From Paraspadella gotoi (taxonomy: Eukaryota > Animalia > Chaetognatha): DNA of 64,000 nucleotides. Under the pieces are notes generated by a model. That model saw only the letters and a program-made list of their open reading frames with translations. It had not been told where the DNA came from and did no database searches. Shown one piece after another: positions 26,362 through 37,781 of this stretch; position 1 is the first letter of the stretch, and every line of letters starts with the position of its first letter. The stretch lies in contig CM119268.1 in the NCBI GenBank assembly GCA_051294375.1, forward strand, positions 23,148,256 to 23,212,255, given 5' to 3'. Position numbers and translations under genes: made by a program.

Positions 26362-26546
26362 CCTCTCTCCGATCGAAACACCGGCACTTCTCCCTTCCTC
26401 TCTTCGAATTTCTTCCCCAAGATTTGATTGCAAACGACTTTTCCTTCCTTCGGCCCCCAGGAGTCGCTGCTGCAGACGGGATGAGATCCGAGGAAGACTA
26501 GGCCTTCGCCGACGGGCGCGTCGTCGTTGTCGTCGTCGTCGCCGTT
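26362..26546 (-). CDS. Mosaic gene exon: divergent SRCR domain 2, N-terminal part
   Basis: NGDDDDNDDAPVGEGLVFLGSHPVCSSDSWGPKEGKVVCNQILG...; ccag|...|gtgag; 185 nt. Confidence 0.85.
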
Positions 26547-26824
26547 CTGGACATGATAATCACAAAAACTCCAACCATTATATAAATATGTATTTTAGAA
26601 ATGGTTAAAATACAGTTTGTTGCCCAAATGTATAAAAGATTATGCGCTATTTTCCGAAAAGCGCTAAAATTCTCTTCTATAATTCCTTGAATTACCAAAT
26701 TCCTAACCCTAATCTTTTATCCTAATCACTAGCCTTAATTCTTAGCCTTAATCATAAATTAAATATTAGATAGTATATAAATAATATCAGATTATATATC
26801 ATAAATTTTGAAAAATTTTCTTAC

Positions 26825-26882
26825 TTCGGGAACGAGTTTGAGTCTGCTGGCGTCGAGACACGTTACTCCAGCTCCCTCGGAT
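26825..26882 (-). CDS. Mosaic gene exon: end of SRCR1, start of SRCR2
   Basis: SEGAGVTCLDASRLKLVPE (SRCR terminal ExAGVxC); donor gtaag; A-rich acceptor; 58 nt, phase-compatible. Confidence 0.85.
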
Positions 26883-27419
26883 CTTTTGTTTTGTTATTCG
26901 CAAAAAGCAACGATTAGGTAGCGCAAAGAAATTCCGAAAGATGTTCGCATTATGGTGATTGAAAAAAAAGAAAACAAAAGAAACTAATTGAGAAAGTGGA
27001 GAGTATAAACAAGTTATATGATGTTGATACTTAAAACGCATCAAATAAAAGACTTAACGAATTAATATTAAACCTACTATAATTTAGCATTTGAACCTCC
27101 AAAGTAATTCAACAATGACGTCTTTAAGAATGTCCATTATCTCTTTCCCAATTATTTGCTAACTTTTCAAACTTTTAAGGAATTGAGAATTAATCATTTT
27201 GTTTAATATTTAAACATCAAAAAACCCTTTCCCAGTAGAACAAACTACACAGTGCCTTACATTAGGAAATTACACTATTTTTTATTGTATTTTTTATGCC
27301 ATTTTACGTTTATGCAATAAATATCTTTTCGATTTTAATCGATATTTAATTAAAATTCCGCTGCTTCAGGAGCCGCGGCAAGGGGACTTCGATGGAAAAG
27401 AGAGTAAAGAGTAACTTAC

Positions 27420-27500
27420 CCAGAACAGTCATTACTGGTGACGTAATGTTCACAGTCCTTGAGATGTTTTTCTGTTCCCCGACATTTTACTTGATCCATC
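27420..27500 (-). CDS. Mosaic gene exon: SRCR domain 1, middle
   Basis: MDQVKCRGTEKHLKDCEHYVTSNDCS; tag|...|gtaagt; 81 nt, phase-compatible. Confidence 0.9.
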
Positions 27501-28089
27501 CTAAAAATAAAAAAAGGAAAAAAAAAAAAAAAGAAAAAAGAAAAAAGAAGAAAAAAAGAAAAACCAAGTGTTGGTCTTTGGAATAATTTCAAAATAAGTA
27601 ATTTGGAGAATGTATAAAAATAATAAAAAATGAGTTTTTAATAATATAAAACTGGTAGGTGCCTCGGCCCAAAACGAAAACAAACAAAAGATATGCAACG
27701 TGACATCCAAATAAGTAATAATTAAAACTTGAATTGAACACTCAACGCCATTATTTTCTTTTCATTTAACATAAAAAAGGTAAATAAAATACATTCCAGT
27801 ATTTTTCTTGTGCAGCTTTTGGTTCCTACACCCCGCCTTTATGTCATAATCAATGATATAATCAAATGATGATCATAATCATAATCCTCTTAAGATTATT
27901 TATTAATTAATTAATTAATTAATTAATTAATTAATAAATTAATTAACCTGCGAGCATAAAGAAAATTAGAGGAATTAATTAACTAATAAATAAATGTATA
28001 AAAATGTATGAAAGAATGTTTGAATTAATAATTGAATAACTAAATGAATAATTGAATTTAATAAAAAAAAAGACAATGCATGACCCAAC

Positions 28090-28261
28090 CTGAAATTCTT
28101 CCCCACATCCCCGAATCGACTTCCGGTGTGCGGGACTGCCTTCGTCGTATCGGCGCCGAATCCCAACGCCGTGCAGACCACGGCGGCGTCATCGGCGTCC
28201 CAGGCGTCATCGCAGACCGGGCGTCCACCGACAAGAACGTTGCCGGAGATGTTCGTGCCAC
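28090..28261 (-). CDS. Mosaic gene exon: SRCR domain 1, N-terminal part
   Basis: GGTNISGNVLVGGRPVCDDAWDADDAAVVCTALGF...GSRFG; hallmark SRCR VCDDxW and VVCxxLGF; canonical AG/GT, 172 nt. Confidence 0.9.
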
Positions 28262-28453
28262 CTGACGGTGGAGAAAAAAAGAATGGGAAAAAGGAATAGT
28301 AAGGTGGTCCAGAATAGTAAGGCGGGCCGGAATTTGTAAGGTGGGCCAGAATTTTTTACAATATCAAATCTTCTGCAATAAACTTCCTTCTCTTGACTTT
28401 CTTTCTTTCTTGACTACATCGACGACAATTATCATTTTATAAGTTAGTTTTTA

Positions 28454-28500
28454 CACCAGTCTCTTCGGAGGCGTGGGTTCGAATCTCACAGCTGCCACCA
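28454..28500 (+). pseudogene. 3' half of tRNA-Leu with encoded CCA
   Basis: caccagtctcttcggaggcgtgggttcgaatctcacagctgccaCCA = long variable arm, T arm and acceptor strand of tRNA-Leu; no 5' half upstream. Confidence 0.75.
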
Positions 28501-28529
28501 TAACGAAGAAAGTAGGCGTGGTTTATTTA

Positions 28530-28680
28530 GGAGAAATTAGCTCATTTAGTAAAGCCATCAGTGAATGACTCTTAGGTACCGGGAACGATCCCCAATGGAA
28601 CCTCTTCATCGGGAGGACGGCCTAAAACCGATCAGGGGGCGTAGAAGTCTGGTTCCAGGGCAAGGTCCGATTCCCCTGTC
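28530..28680 (+). mobile_element. Diverged copy of the same SINE-like family
   Basis: Colinear similarity to 39885-40015 (gctcat..agtaa..ccatcag..atgac..ttag.tacc.gga.cgatc..caatgga...gaggacggcc...gggggcgt). Confidence 0.5.
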
Positions 28681-28783
28681 TGCCAAGGAGAAACGGAAGA
28701 TTCTGTGCTCCCTTGTCAGCATTGAAACCGGACCGGACCGGACCAGACTGGATGGCCCACACGCGTCTCTCTCTCTATCTCAC

Positions 28784-29058
28784 CCTGCAATGAGATCGTA
28801 TAGTATTCCTTCAGCCGGCATCCTTCTTCGTCCTTCCAGTTTCCACAGTCATTATTACTGTTGCACTTTTGTTCGATTTTAACGCAGCGCAATCTGTCGT
28901 CGCCGCAGGATACTTGTCCCCTGCAGTCGTTGCAGGAAGCGACTGGGAGATCAGAGCCGCATTCGGATTTTCCGCAGCGGCAGGGAATGGAAGCCCGTTT
29001 GGAACCCAGTAGGGTTAGGACATCCGAAATGCCGGGCAGAGTGGAGCCTTTATTTTTG
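28784..29058 (-). CDS. Mosaic gene exon: Cys-rich linker plus LDL-receptor class A module
   Basis: 275-nt exon (cag|...|gtgaga) reading ...CNDCRGQVSCGDDRLRCVKIEQKCNSNNDCGNWKDEEGC..., matching LDLa C-x4-DC-x4-DE-x2-C; phases fit both neighbours. Confidence 0.85.
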
Positions 29059-29338
29059 CTGTCCGCAGGTTGGGAGTGTTTAAAAAAAAAGGGTTGAATT
29101 AAAATCTTTGGGTGTATTGGGTTTATATTAATGCTAATATTAAAATAGCTTGTTTGAAATAGTAATACTAATAAAATAGTTTCACTTCAGACAAAAAAAA
29201 AGGACAAAAGCAGAACCAAATTAGAAATCCAAAACAGAAACAAAAAACAAACAAATCGTAGACAAAACAGAATACAAGAGAGAAACAAAATTTAGGAAAA
29301 AAAATAGACAAAACAGAAACGAAACGAGGAAACAGAAC

Positions 29339-29515
29339 CTCTCCTTTTGGCGTTTCAAGAGTTTGTCGCAGAAGACGTCGTCCACCCACTTCCGACCGCA
29401 CGACTTCTTCATCTCGACGATTTCCTCCGGGATGCAGCCTTCGTAGCAGCACTCCTCGTACACGGAACGGGCCGTCAACTTGCAAGATGCTGGTCGGAGC
29501 GGGGAGAATCCAAAT
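29339..29515 (-). CDS. Mosaic gene exon with insulin-A-chain/Gla-like motif (FGFSPLRPASCKLTARSVYEECCYEGCIPEEIVEMKKSCGRKWVDDVFCDKLLKRQKE)
   Basis: 177-nt open exon, AG acceptor at 29517-16, GT donor at 29338-37, phase 2/2, splices in frame to the LDLa exon; CC-x3-C motif. Confidence 0.8.
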
Positions 29516-29676
29516 CTCCGTAAAAGAAGAGAGATATATATCCATTGGCATGAAATATTCATGAAATTCAGAGATTAAGAATTACGTACTTTGTTGTATG
29601 GTGTCAGGTGTTGATTGAGAGAAAGAGCGAGACAGAGATAAGGAGAGACACAGGGAGAGAGAGAGAGAGAGAGAGA

Positions 29677-29711
<35 letters not shown>

Positions 29712-29799
29712 GAGAGAGAAGAGAGAGAGAGAAAGAAGGGAAGAGAGGGGGGAAAAGGAGAGAGAGACGCGTAAATAGATAGAGAGAGACCGAGAAGAA

Positions 29800-29852
<53 letters not shown>

Positions 29853-30394
29853 TTGAGAAGCGAGGCNNNNNNNNNNNNNNNNNNNNNNNNNNNNNNNNNN
29901 NNNNNNNNNNNNNNNNNNNNNNNNNNNNNNNNNNNNNNNNNNNNNNNNNNNNNNNNNNNNNNNNNNNNNNNNNNNNNNNNNNNNNNNNNNNNNNNNNNNN
30001 NNNNNNNNNNNNNNNNNNNNNNNNNNNNNNNNNNNNNNNNNNNNNNNNNNNNNNNNNNNNNNNNNNNNNNNNNNNNNNNNNNNNNNNNNNNNNNNNNNNN
30101 NNNNNNNNNNNNNNNNNNNNNNNNNNNNNNNNNNNNNNNNNNNNNNNNNNNNNNNNNNNNNNNNNNNNNNNNNNNNNNNNNNNNNNNNNNNNNNNNNNNN
30201 NNNNNNNNNNNNNNNNNNNNNNNNNNNNNNNNNNNNNNNNNNNNNNNNNNNNNNNNNNNNNNNNNNGGAGTGAGGGAGGAGAAAGAGGGGAGTGAGGGAG
30301 GAGAGAGGGAGAGAGGGGGAGGAGGGCGAGACGAGAGAGGGAGGAGGGAGGGAGGGAAGAATTTACATTACGTCACCAAACATCAACTCGTGAA

Positions 30395-30457
<63 letters not shown>

Positions 30458-30458
30458 G

Positions 30459-30494
<36 letters not shown>

Positions 30495-30495
<1 letters not shown>

Positions 30496-30617
30496 GTCTC
30501 AGCCCATCTCATTCCCGACGCAGGACGCGGAGCGAAGGAAACTCGAAGCGGAGCTGCGTAGCTAAGCGTAGCGTCGCAGAGCGTGGAGGCCGGAGAAGAC
30601 GGCGTTGCCAGCTGGGA
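30495..30617 (-). CDS. Possible upstream exon of the mosaic gene
   Basis: GC-rich 123-nt island, cag|SQLATPSSPASTLCDATLSYAAPLRVSFAPRPASGMRWAET|gtgaga. Its phase does not join the 29515 exon directly, so another exon (N gap 29867-30266?) would be needed. Confidence 0.25.
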
Positions 30618-30656
30618 CTGCGTAGCAAGGGGAAGGCAGGGTGAGGGAATGTTGGT

Positions 30657-30741
<85 letters not shown>

Positions 30742-32301
30742 CGACCAACAAAACTGACCTTTTCTTTTTTTTCGTTCTTCGTCGAGTAGAATTTTTCTCG
30801 AAAGAAAGGTCACTAGAAAAAAAAGTAAACATTTATATTCATTTTGAATATATACTTTTTGTCTTCTTATATCCTTATTTTGACACCTATACTTCGTGCA
30901 ATTATCGCTTCTGTCATCTCTACTATTATCTGCTTCGTCATTCAATCAGCCTCCTAATGTCATTAATTTCCCCTTTTTGTCATCTTTTGACTTTTATTGT
31001 CGTCTCAATTTGTCATATTTTTCAGTTTTTCGAAATCTTACCTCCTTTGTCATCTCATCACCAGTCATTGAATCAACCTCCTATGTCATCAAATTTCCCC
31101 TTTTGTCATCCCTTTCTCACTTGTCATTGACTTTTCCTTCTACGTGGGCTCCTTTGTTGGTTAGTCGCAAAAACGAATAGTTGATGAAAATCGAAAAAAC
31201 GAAAATAAAAAATAAAAAATACAAGAAAAATTCGAAATAAAACTTCATTTTAATTAAAGAGTAAATTTAAGAAAACTTCTTTCGTCATAAATGATCACAA
31301 TTTCACGTGAAATTCTTCCCGAATAATTTTTTATTTGGGTGGGTGAGGGGACGTGATGTGTGTTTATGTTTCAGTCGCCTCATTACGATTTTGTGACCAA
31401 CAAAATTATTTTCAAAACATTCGCCAGTTTTTAAGTCGCGCGATTTTGTTTTTCATTACTTTGAGTATTTTTTGAATCTTTTGTTTATCAGCTATGGCGA
31501 CTTTTCCACGCCCATCTTCACTTCCGGTCGGTTTAGTCTTTACGATTCGTTTTAAAAGCAAAACTTCTTTCCTGACCCGAACTTACCTTTCCTTTACGCA
31601 ACCTCATCTCAACTTCACCCGAACTGACCTTCTCACCAGCACTCACCTCCTCTTCCTCCTCCTCTTCTTTCTCCTTTTCCTCTTACTTTTCTTCTTCTTC
31701 CTCTTTATCCTTTCTCTCTCTCTTTCTCTCCATGTCTCCCTTTCTCCTTTATTCCTTATTTCTTCCCTCTCACTTCTAACCCCATACCTCTCACTTCTAA
31801 CTTCTCAGCTTTCTCTTCTCCCTCATCACTTCCCACTCCATACCTCTCACTTCTCACCACAAAATCCTCTCTTCTCACTTACCACTATTTTTTTTCATTT
31901 CTTATCTCTCACTTCTTTCTCACTGCTCATCTCTCATTTTTAACCTCTAAACTTCTCACACATCACTCCTCATCACACATTCATCATTTTCTTCTCACTC
32001 CTCTGCCACTTTAGTTTCTCACTCAGCGCCTTTTAGTGTCGAAGCCTCCAGAGGGCGACCCTCTTAATCCACAACCCCACCACACTGCAGCTCCGGCACC
32101 CACACCCTGTCCTCAGACTTCCCCACCCACGACTCCAGCACCCAATCTCCCTTTCTTTCCTCACGAACCCGAACCAAGAGCGGAGGAGGAAAATAGTTCC
32201 ACCGATGCTCATATGTCTTCCGCGCCCGAAATCCCAAAGGCGCGGATCCATCGGTGCTGCCACCAAGCGAGGGGAAAGAGAAAAGAGAGAGATGAGAGAA
32301 G

Positions 32302-32356
<55 letters not shown>

Positions 32357-33626
32357 GAAAGAAAAAGAAGGAAGAAAAAAGGCACTGTATCCCGATTGCG
32401 CCGAATTTCTGTTCCTTTATCCAAAACATAAATTTTTATCTTAAATATATTTAATATTTAATCTGTTATAAACCTTAATCTAATCATTAACCTTGAGCCG
32501 TATCTCCTAATGCTTAACTCTATTTCCCTATCCCTAATCTGTAACCCTAATCTGTAACCCTAATCCTTAACCTACCTTTTAACCTTAATTAATAATCTAA
32601 TCTTCTAACCCTAAAGTTATTTTATTTATTAATTTAAGCTGAAATGAAGTAATTTTGGAAAATATGCCCAACAGAAAAAAAAATAAAAAAAGGTGAAATT
32701 GCGGGGAACTCACTTTTTATCCTCCCACTTCTTTGCACCTCCTTTGTTTCTTTGAAGGAGGAGGAGGAAGAGGAGAAAGGGAGGGAGAGAGGGAGGAGGA
32801 GAAGAAGAGGAGGAGAGAGGGAGGGGTGAAAAAGAGGAGGAGGAAGGGAGGAGTAGAGGAAGAGGAGGAGAGAGAGAGAGGAAAAGGAGGGAGAGAAGAG
32901 AGTCGAGATGAAGTGGAGAGAAGGAATACAGAGGAAGAGAAAGAGGAGGAGAATCAGAGAGAGAGGAGAGAAAAGAAAAGAGGAAGAGGAAGAATAGAAG
33001 CAGAAAATAATGAAGAAAGAGAGAGAGAGGAAGAAAAAGAAATAAGAAAAGAAAAGAAAAGAAAGAAGAAAAGAAAAGAAAAGATAAGAAGAAAAAAGAA
33101 AGAAAAAGAAAGAAGAAAAGAAAAGAAAAGAAAAGAAAGAAGAGGAGAGAAGATTGAGTTATTACTTTCAGACTTTTATTGCTTTCAATGTCGAGTTCAT
33201 GAAATGTAGACGGGATGATCTCATAAAGTTGAAATGAAAGTAGAAAGATAGAGAGAAAAAGAGAAAGAAAAAGAAGGAAAGAAAAAGAGATGGAAAAATA
33301 GGAAGAAAGAAAGCCAAAAGGAACGAAGAAAGAAAGTATGAAAGAAAGATTTGAAAGATAGAATGAATAAAGAAAGAGAGAAAAAAAAGTCAGATAGAAA
33401 GAATGCAAAGATGAATGAAACATAAAGAAAATGATTGAAAGAAAGAGAGAAAGAAGAAAAGATGGAAAGAAATAAAGAGAGAAAGAAGAAAAGATAGAAA
33501 GAAATAAAGAGAGAAAGAAGAAAAGANNNNNNNNNNNNNNNNNNNNNNNNNNNNNNNNNNNNNNNNNNNNNNNNNNNNNNNNNNNNNNNNNNNNNNNNNN
33601 NNNNNNNNNNNNNNNNNNNNNNNNNN

Positions 33627-33663
<37 letters not shown>

Positions 33664-34120
33664 GTGGTTTGGTTTTAAACTTTTTTTTCAGCTTAAGGTT
33701 CAGTTCAAGTCTTCATTGCCTTCATTATTTTCATTGCCTCACATCAATTTTTCGTTCCCTTCAAAATTCTCTCTTCTTTCTCGACTTCATAAAACATAAT
33801 GTAGTAGTATATATCATGGTTAAGCGTTTTTTTAGTCATGGAGGCTAAAATTTTGTTTGGGATATAAAGTTAATATGGTACGGTGAGGAAAGGATTATCA
33901 ACGTAAATAGTAATATGCTTTTTTCGCCTTGAAAGAGTTGAAAAGATATTGAAAATTAATTAATTGATCCAAAGTCGTAGAAAAATATTAATAAACAGAA
34001 CATAGCTTAATTAATTAAATTAAATTAAATTAGTAAAGTCTTTAGCCCGCGCCATGATTAACTAACTAAGCGACGAAGAGTCAACAATTGGTTAATCGGG
34101 CTGAAGCAATCTGGGGGACT

Positions 34121-34361
34121 TAATAATCTCAGTGGGGATTCGATAATCCCCGGTCTTAATCTCAGTGGGGACTTGATAATCTCCGGTCTTAATCTCAGTC
34201 GGGACTGGATAATCCCCGGTCTTAATCTCAGTGGGGACTGGATAATCCCCGGTCTTAATCTCAGTCGGGACTGGATAATCCCCGGTCTTAAATCTCAGTC
34301 CGGGACTATAATAAATGCTCGGGTCTTAATCTCAGTGGGGACTTGATAATCTCCGGTCTTA
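34121..34361 (+). repeat. 33-bp minisatellite x7
   Basis: cttaatctcagtggggactggataatccccggt in tandem, no spacers. Confidence 0.9.
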
Positions 34362-37300
34362 AAGTCGATGTTTTAAAATCCATTAAGTTTTTTCATTTTT
34401 TTCTTTTCTTTAGAAATAAAGAAAAAAATTTGAGACAAAAGAAAAAAGTTAAAGAAGATTTATTGGTCGTGATTATGAAGAGAATCTGGTAGTGATTGTT
34501 TTATGATATGAGATGAGTTAAGATAGTTTTTACTATATAGTTTAAGATATGAGAAATGAGAAATGAGAAGTTAGAAAAGATTAAGTGAGAAATGAAAAAC
34601 GAGAAAAAGGAAAAAGGATGAAGATAATGAATCATGAAAAAAGAAAATGAATCACGAGGAGAAAATAAATGAAAAACGACGAAAAAAAAAGTAAAAACGA
34701 AAAAAAGGAAAAAAATATTGCTAATAGAGAGAAATCTCGCCTTAAAAAAAAATTGTCAACATTTCTATAGAGATTTCCTTTAAAATACTGACTACCCAAA
34801 TTGCAAACGAATTGCCAAGAAATCGGGTAAAAAACAGTTGTAAAAAACACACGATTCCGATAGCGTTATATCTTAGAAGCTAGCAAATTCGTCTTATGCA
34901 TTTGATAAAGGATTTAATTATCAAACAAGCCAGGGGAAATGCACAGTCATCTCCGAGAGAATTTTCAAACCTTTGTTTTTACTATAGAAATGAAAGGAAA
35001 TTTTTGCTTTTCAAAAATTGTAAACGGGGTAAGGGGTATGTTAACATTATAAATATTATCTTCGAATTTTGAGATTTAAAAAGCCCTCTTTCTTCAAGAG
35101 CTTGCCAAATTATATATTCTTTCATTATGACAACTCTTCATAGTAAACCAACATTGTAAAGGTCATTGGTTCTGGTTTGACAACATGAAATTTTTATTTA
35201 ATAAGAAATTAAAAGGGAAGGTTTGAGAGAAAAAACTGATTTTTCCTGATATCTCTTGAAGGAACAAAGATACAGGGATGGCAATAGTACCAAATGAAGC
35301 CATAATCATATGCAACATACAAGTTGACAATATTAGAATTATTTTTGGCTGGAAACCTCATTTGTACAGGGTGAGTTGTCAAACTAATGTCAAAATTATA
35401 ATGAATTTTAAAACTAATGAAACCCCCATAAAAATAAATGAAAAATTTAAATTCTTTTAGTGATTCTGAAAAAAAAGGCTAAATTGTACTATAGTAAAAC
35501 TTTAAAGTTTTTGGATAAAGAAAATAATTTTTTTCACTTAAATATTTGCTTCACTGATATTACAGCATGCTTACCAAAAATTCTACAAAATATTATTCAC
35601 CCCATCACAGCCTAACTTATTTTATCTTTCTTTTCACCAGCAAAAAGTAAACATTATTTTATGTTAGAGAACAGGCGATGTTTACTGAAATGAGCCTGAA
35701 GACGTTTCAACTACTTCAACTTTAATGTCATTTTTCAATAATTAAAATAGGCGAATCTTTTAATTATTTAACTCTTCACAGGCTTCAACAAGACATTTTA
35801 CTTTCATTAATATCCCAATGTAATGTTATTCATTATATTTTTTTACGCAGAAATTCATAAAATAACAGAAAGTTATGGATTCCCTTCGCTCGTCTTTAGA
35901 AAAAAAAAAAATTAACTTTGCCGGGAATTATAAGGTTGTAAGAGGAACGTCAGGGAAATCGGCGAAAAATTCTTAAAAGGCATGAGTAATGTTTGAAAAA
36001 AAGGGGTGGAATTTTGAATGGGTTCTTAAGATTTTCTCCACAATGTGAGGTCGATTTAAAGAGAAACTTGCAGATTTACAATATTCCCGTCAATTCCACA
36101 TCTATCGATTATAAAAATAAGAAAAAAGTCACTGGCTTCTTTTCATATAGCGGCTTTCCTATGCAATGAAATTTGGAATAAATAATAAAAACCGTTAAAT
36201 TAACCTTAAAATTTATCCCCAGTTGGCGATTTTATCACTTTTTTTTTTGGGACGTGATAAATCATTGAACGAAAAAAAAGATCATTTATGTCACAAACTG
36301 ACATCAATAAGTTTCTCCTCTTTTTTTTCTATAACTTTTTTTTTAAACATTGCATGTGTGCGTGTGCATGTATTGTAAAATTAAATCTAATTAGAAAACG
36401 AATAAAACTAATGGAAGAAAAACAGCAGAAAAATGAATCTTGAAAACAAAAATTAATAGAAAACCGAAAAAACCAAATAAAACCAAAAATAATAGAAAAC
36501 CTAAATAAAACCAAAAATAATGCATCTCCTGTTTTCGTACTTCTCATCCTTCCGACAGGGACAACTAAGACGACGACGACGACAACATCAATTGGATGCG
36601 CACGAGTGACAAGTTTAATCTCTTCTCTTCTTTGACGCTTCTCTTCTCTTTTTCTTCTCTTTCGTCCTCTCTCTGTCTCTCTTTCGTCCTCTCTTTCAAC
36701 CTATCTCTTCCTCTTTTTCTTCCTATCTTTCGCCCTCTCTCTTCCCTCTCTCTCTTCTTCTCTTTGTCCTCTCTTTTTTGTAAAATATATTTATTTCTTT
36801 TTTTTTCAAATTCTTTTTCTTTATGTACATAAATCATTTGTCCCTTTTTCCCTCCCTTCCTCTCCCTCTCTCTCCGTCCCTCTCCCACTCTCTCTCCCTC
36901 TTCCTCTCTGTCTCTCTCTCAATCGCGGTCGTCAGCCTCGTTTCCGCTTGACAAACGAAGCGAAGAAAATATGACGCGAGAGAAAAAGAGTTTAATGCAA
37001 AAAAAAAAGTTAAAAAAACAAATAATAAAAAGAAACATTGAATCCGATGCTGCGTCAGTTTTTAGTTGGTCGGTCGGTCTGTTTCACTTACATTTCAAAT
37101 GCTTATAACTTGCTTTTTTGGTTGCTCTTTTGTTATTTTTGGTGAGAACCTCGCATCTAAGCAACGCTAAGCACAACCTTATGTTTTTTAAAGAAATCGT
37201 ATAAAGAATTAAAGACGGAATCCCGATACAGCGCGGGTTGTTACATGATTACGTGGAAATAAATATGATGAGACAGTCACTGCGGCGCAATATATGCGAA

Positions 37301-37750
37301 TTGCCATTCTTTTATATTTTTTAAGTTACGAGGGTTGAAGCTAGAAACTATAACAATTAATCTAATGCTACTTTTGATTCCTAGCATTATTTTTATTAAA
37401 TGAGAAAGTAATACAAATATTATTAATAAAGAGAAAATTCCTATAAAGATGTAGATTTAAATACACGAGATGCATTAAGTTGAAACTCTCTCGACTCTTC
37501 GACTACAGGGAGATTCGTGTAAAATCGATTTTAGGAACACACGTCTCCACGAATCTTCCGCGGTATAAAAAACGGGTTTGACTGTTGGAGTTTATAACTT
37601 ATAAATTAAGAACTAATTCTAGCCTCTTCCTCCTTTTTAAAACTAAAAAAAGAATCTTTACGACAAAAACTACAGAAACGACTTAGTTGATAACTGATTA
37701 TTAGCGTCATGATTAGAGCGAATTAAGGCACAATCATCTCAGTTGGAAAG

Positions 37751-37781
<31 letters not shown>

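Noticed and set aside
29339-29515. Standalone insulin-like peptide gene
   Set aside because: No stop after the motif, no visible B chain, and it splices in frame into LDLa/SRCR exons.
32256-32265. tRNA-Leu primer-binding site (TGGTGGCAGC, minus strand)
   Set aside because: 10-nt match with no adjacent LTR end.
32460-32620. Interstitial telomere (taaccctaa)
   Set aside because: Only a few degenerate units within AT-rich low-complexity sequence.
34121-34361. CRISPR array
   Set aside because: Units are contiguous without unique spacers; no cas genes; eukaryotic context.
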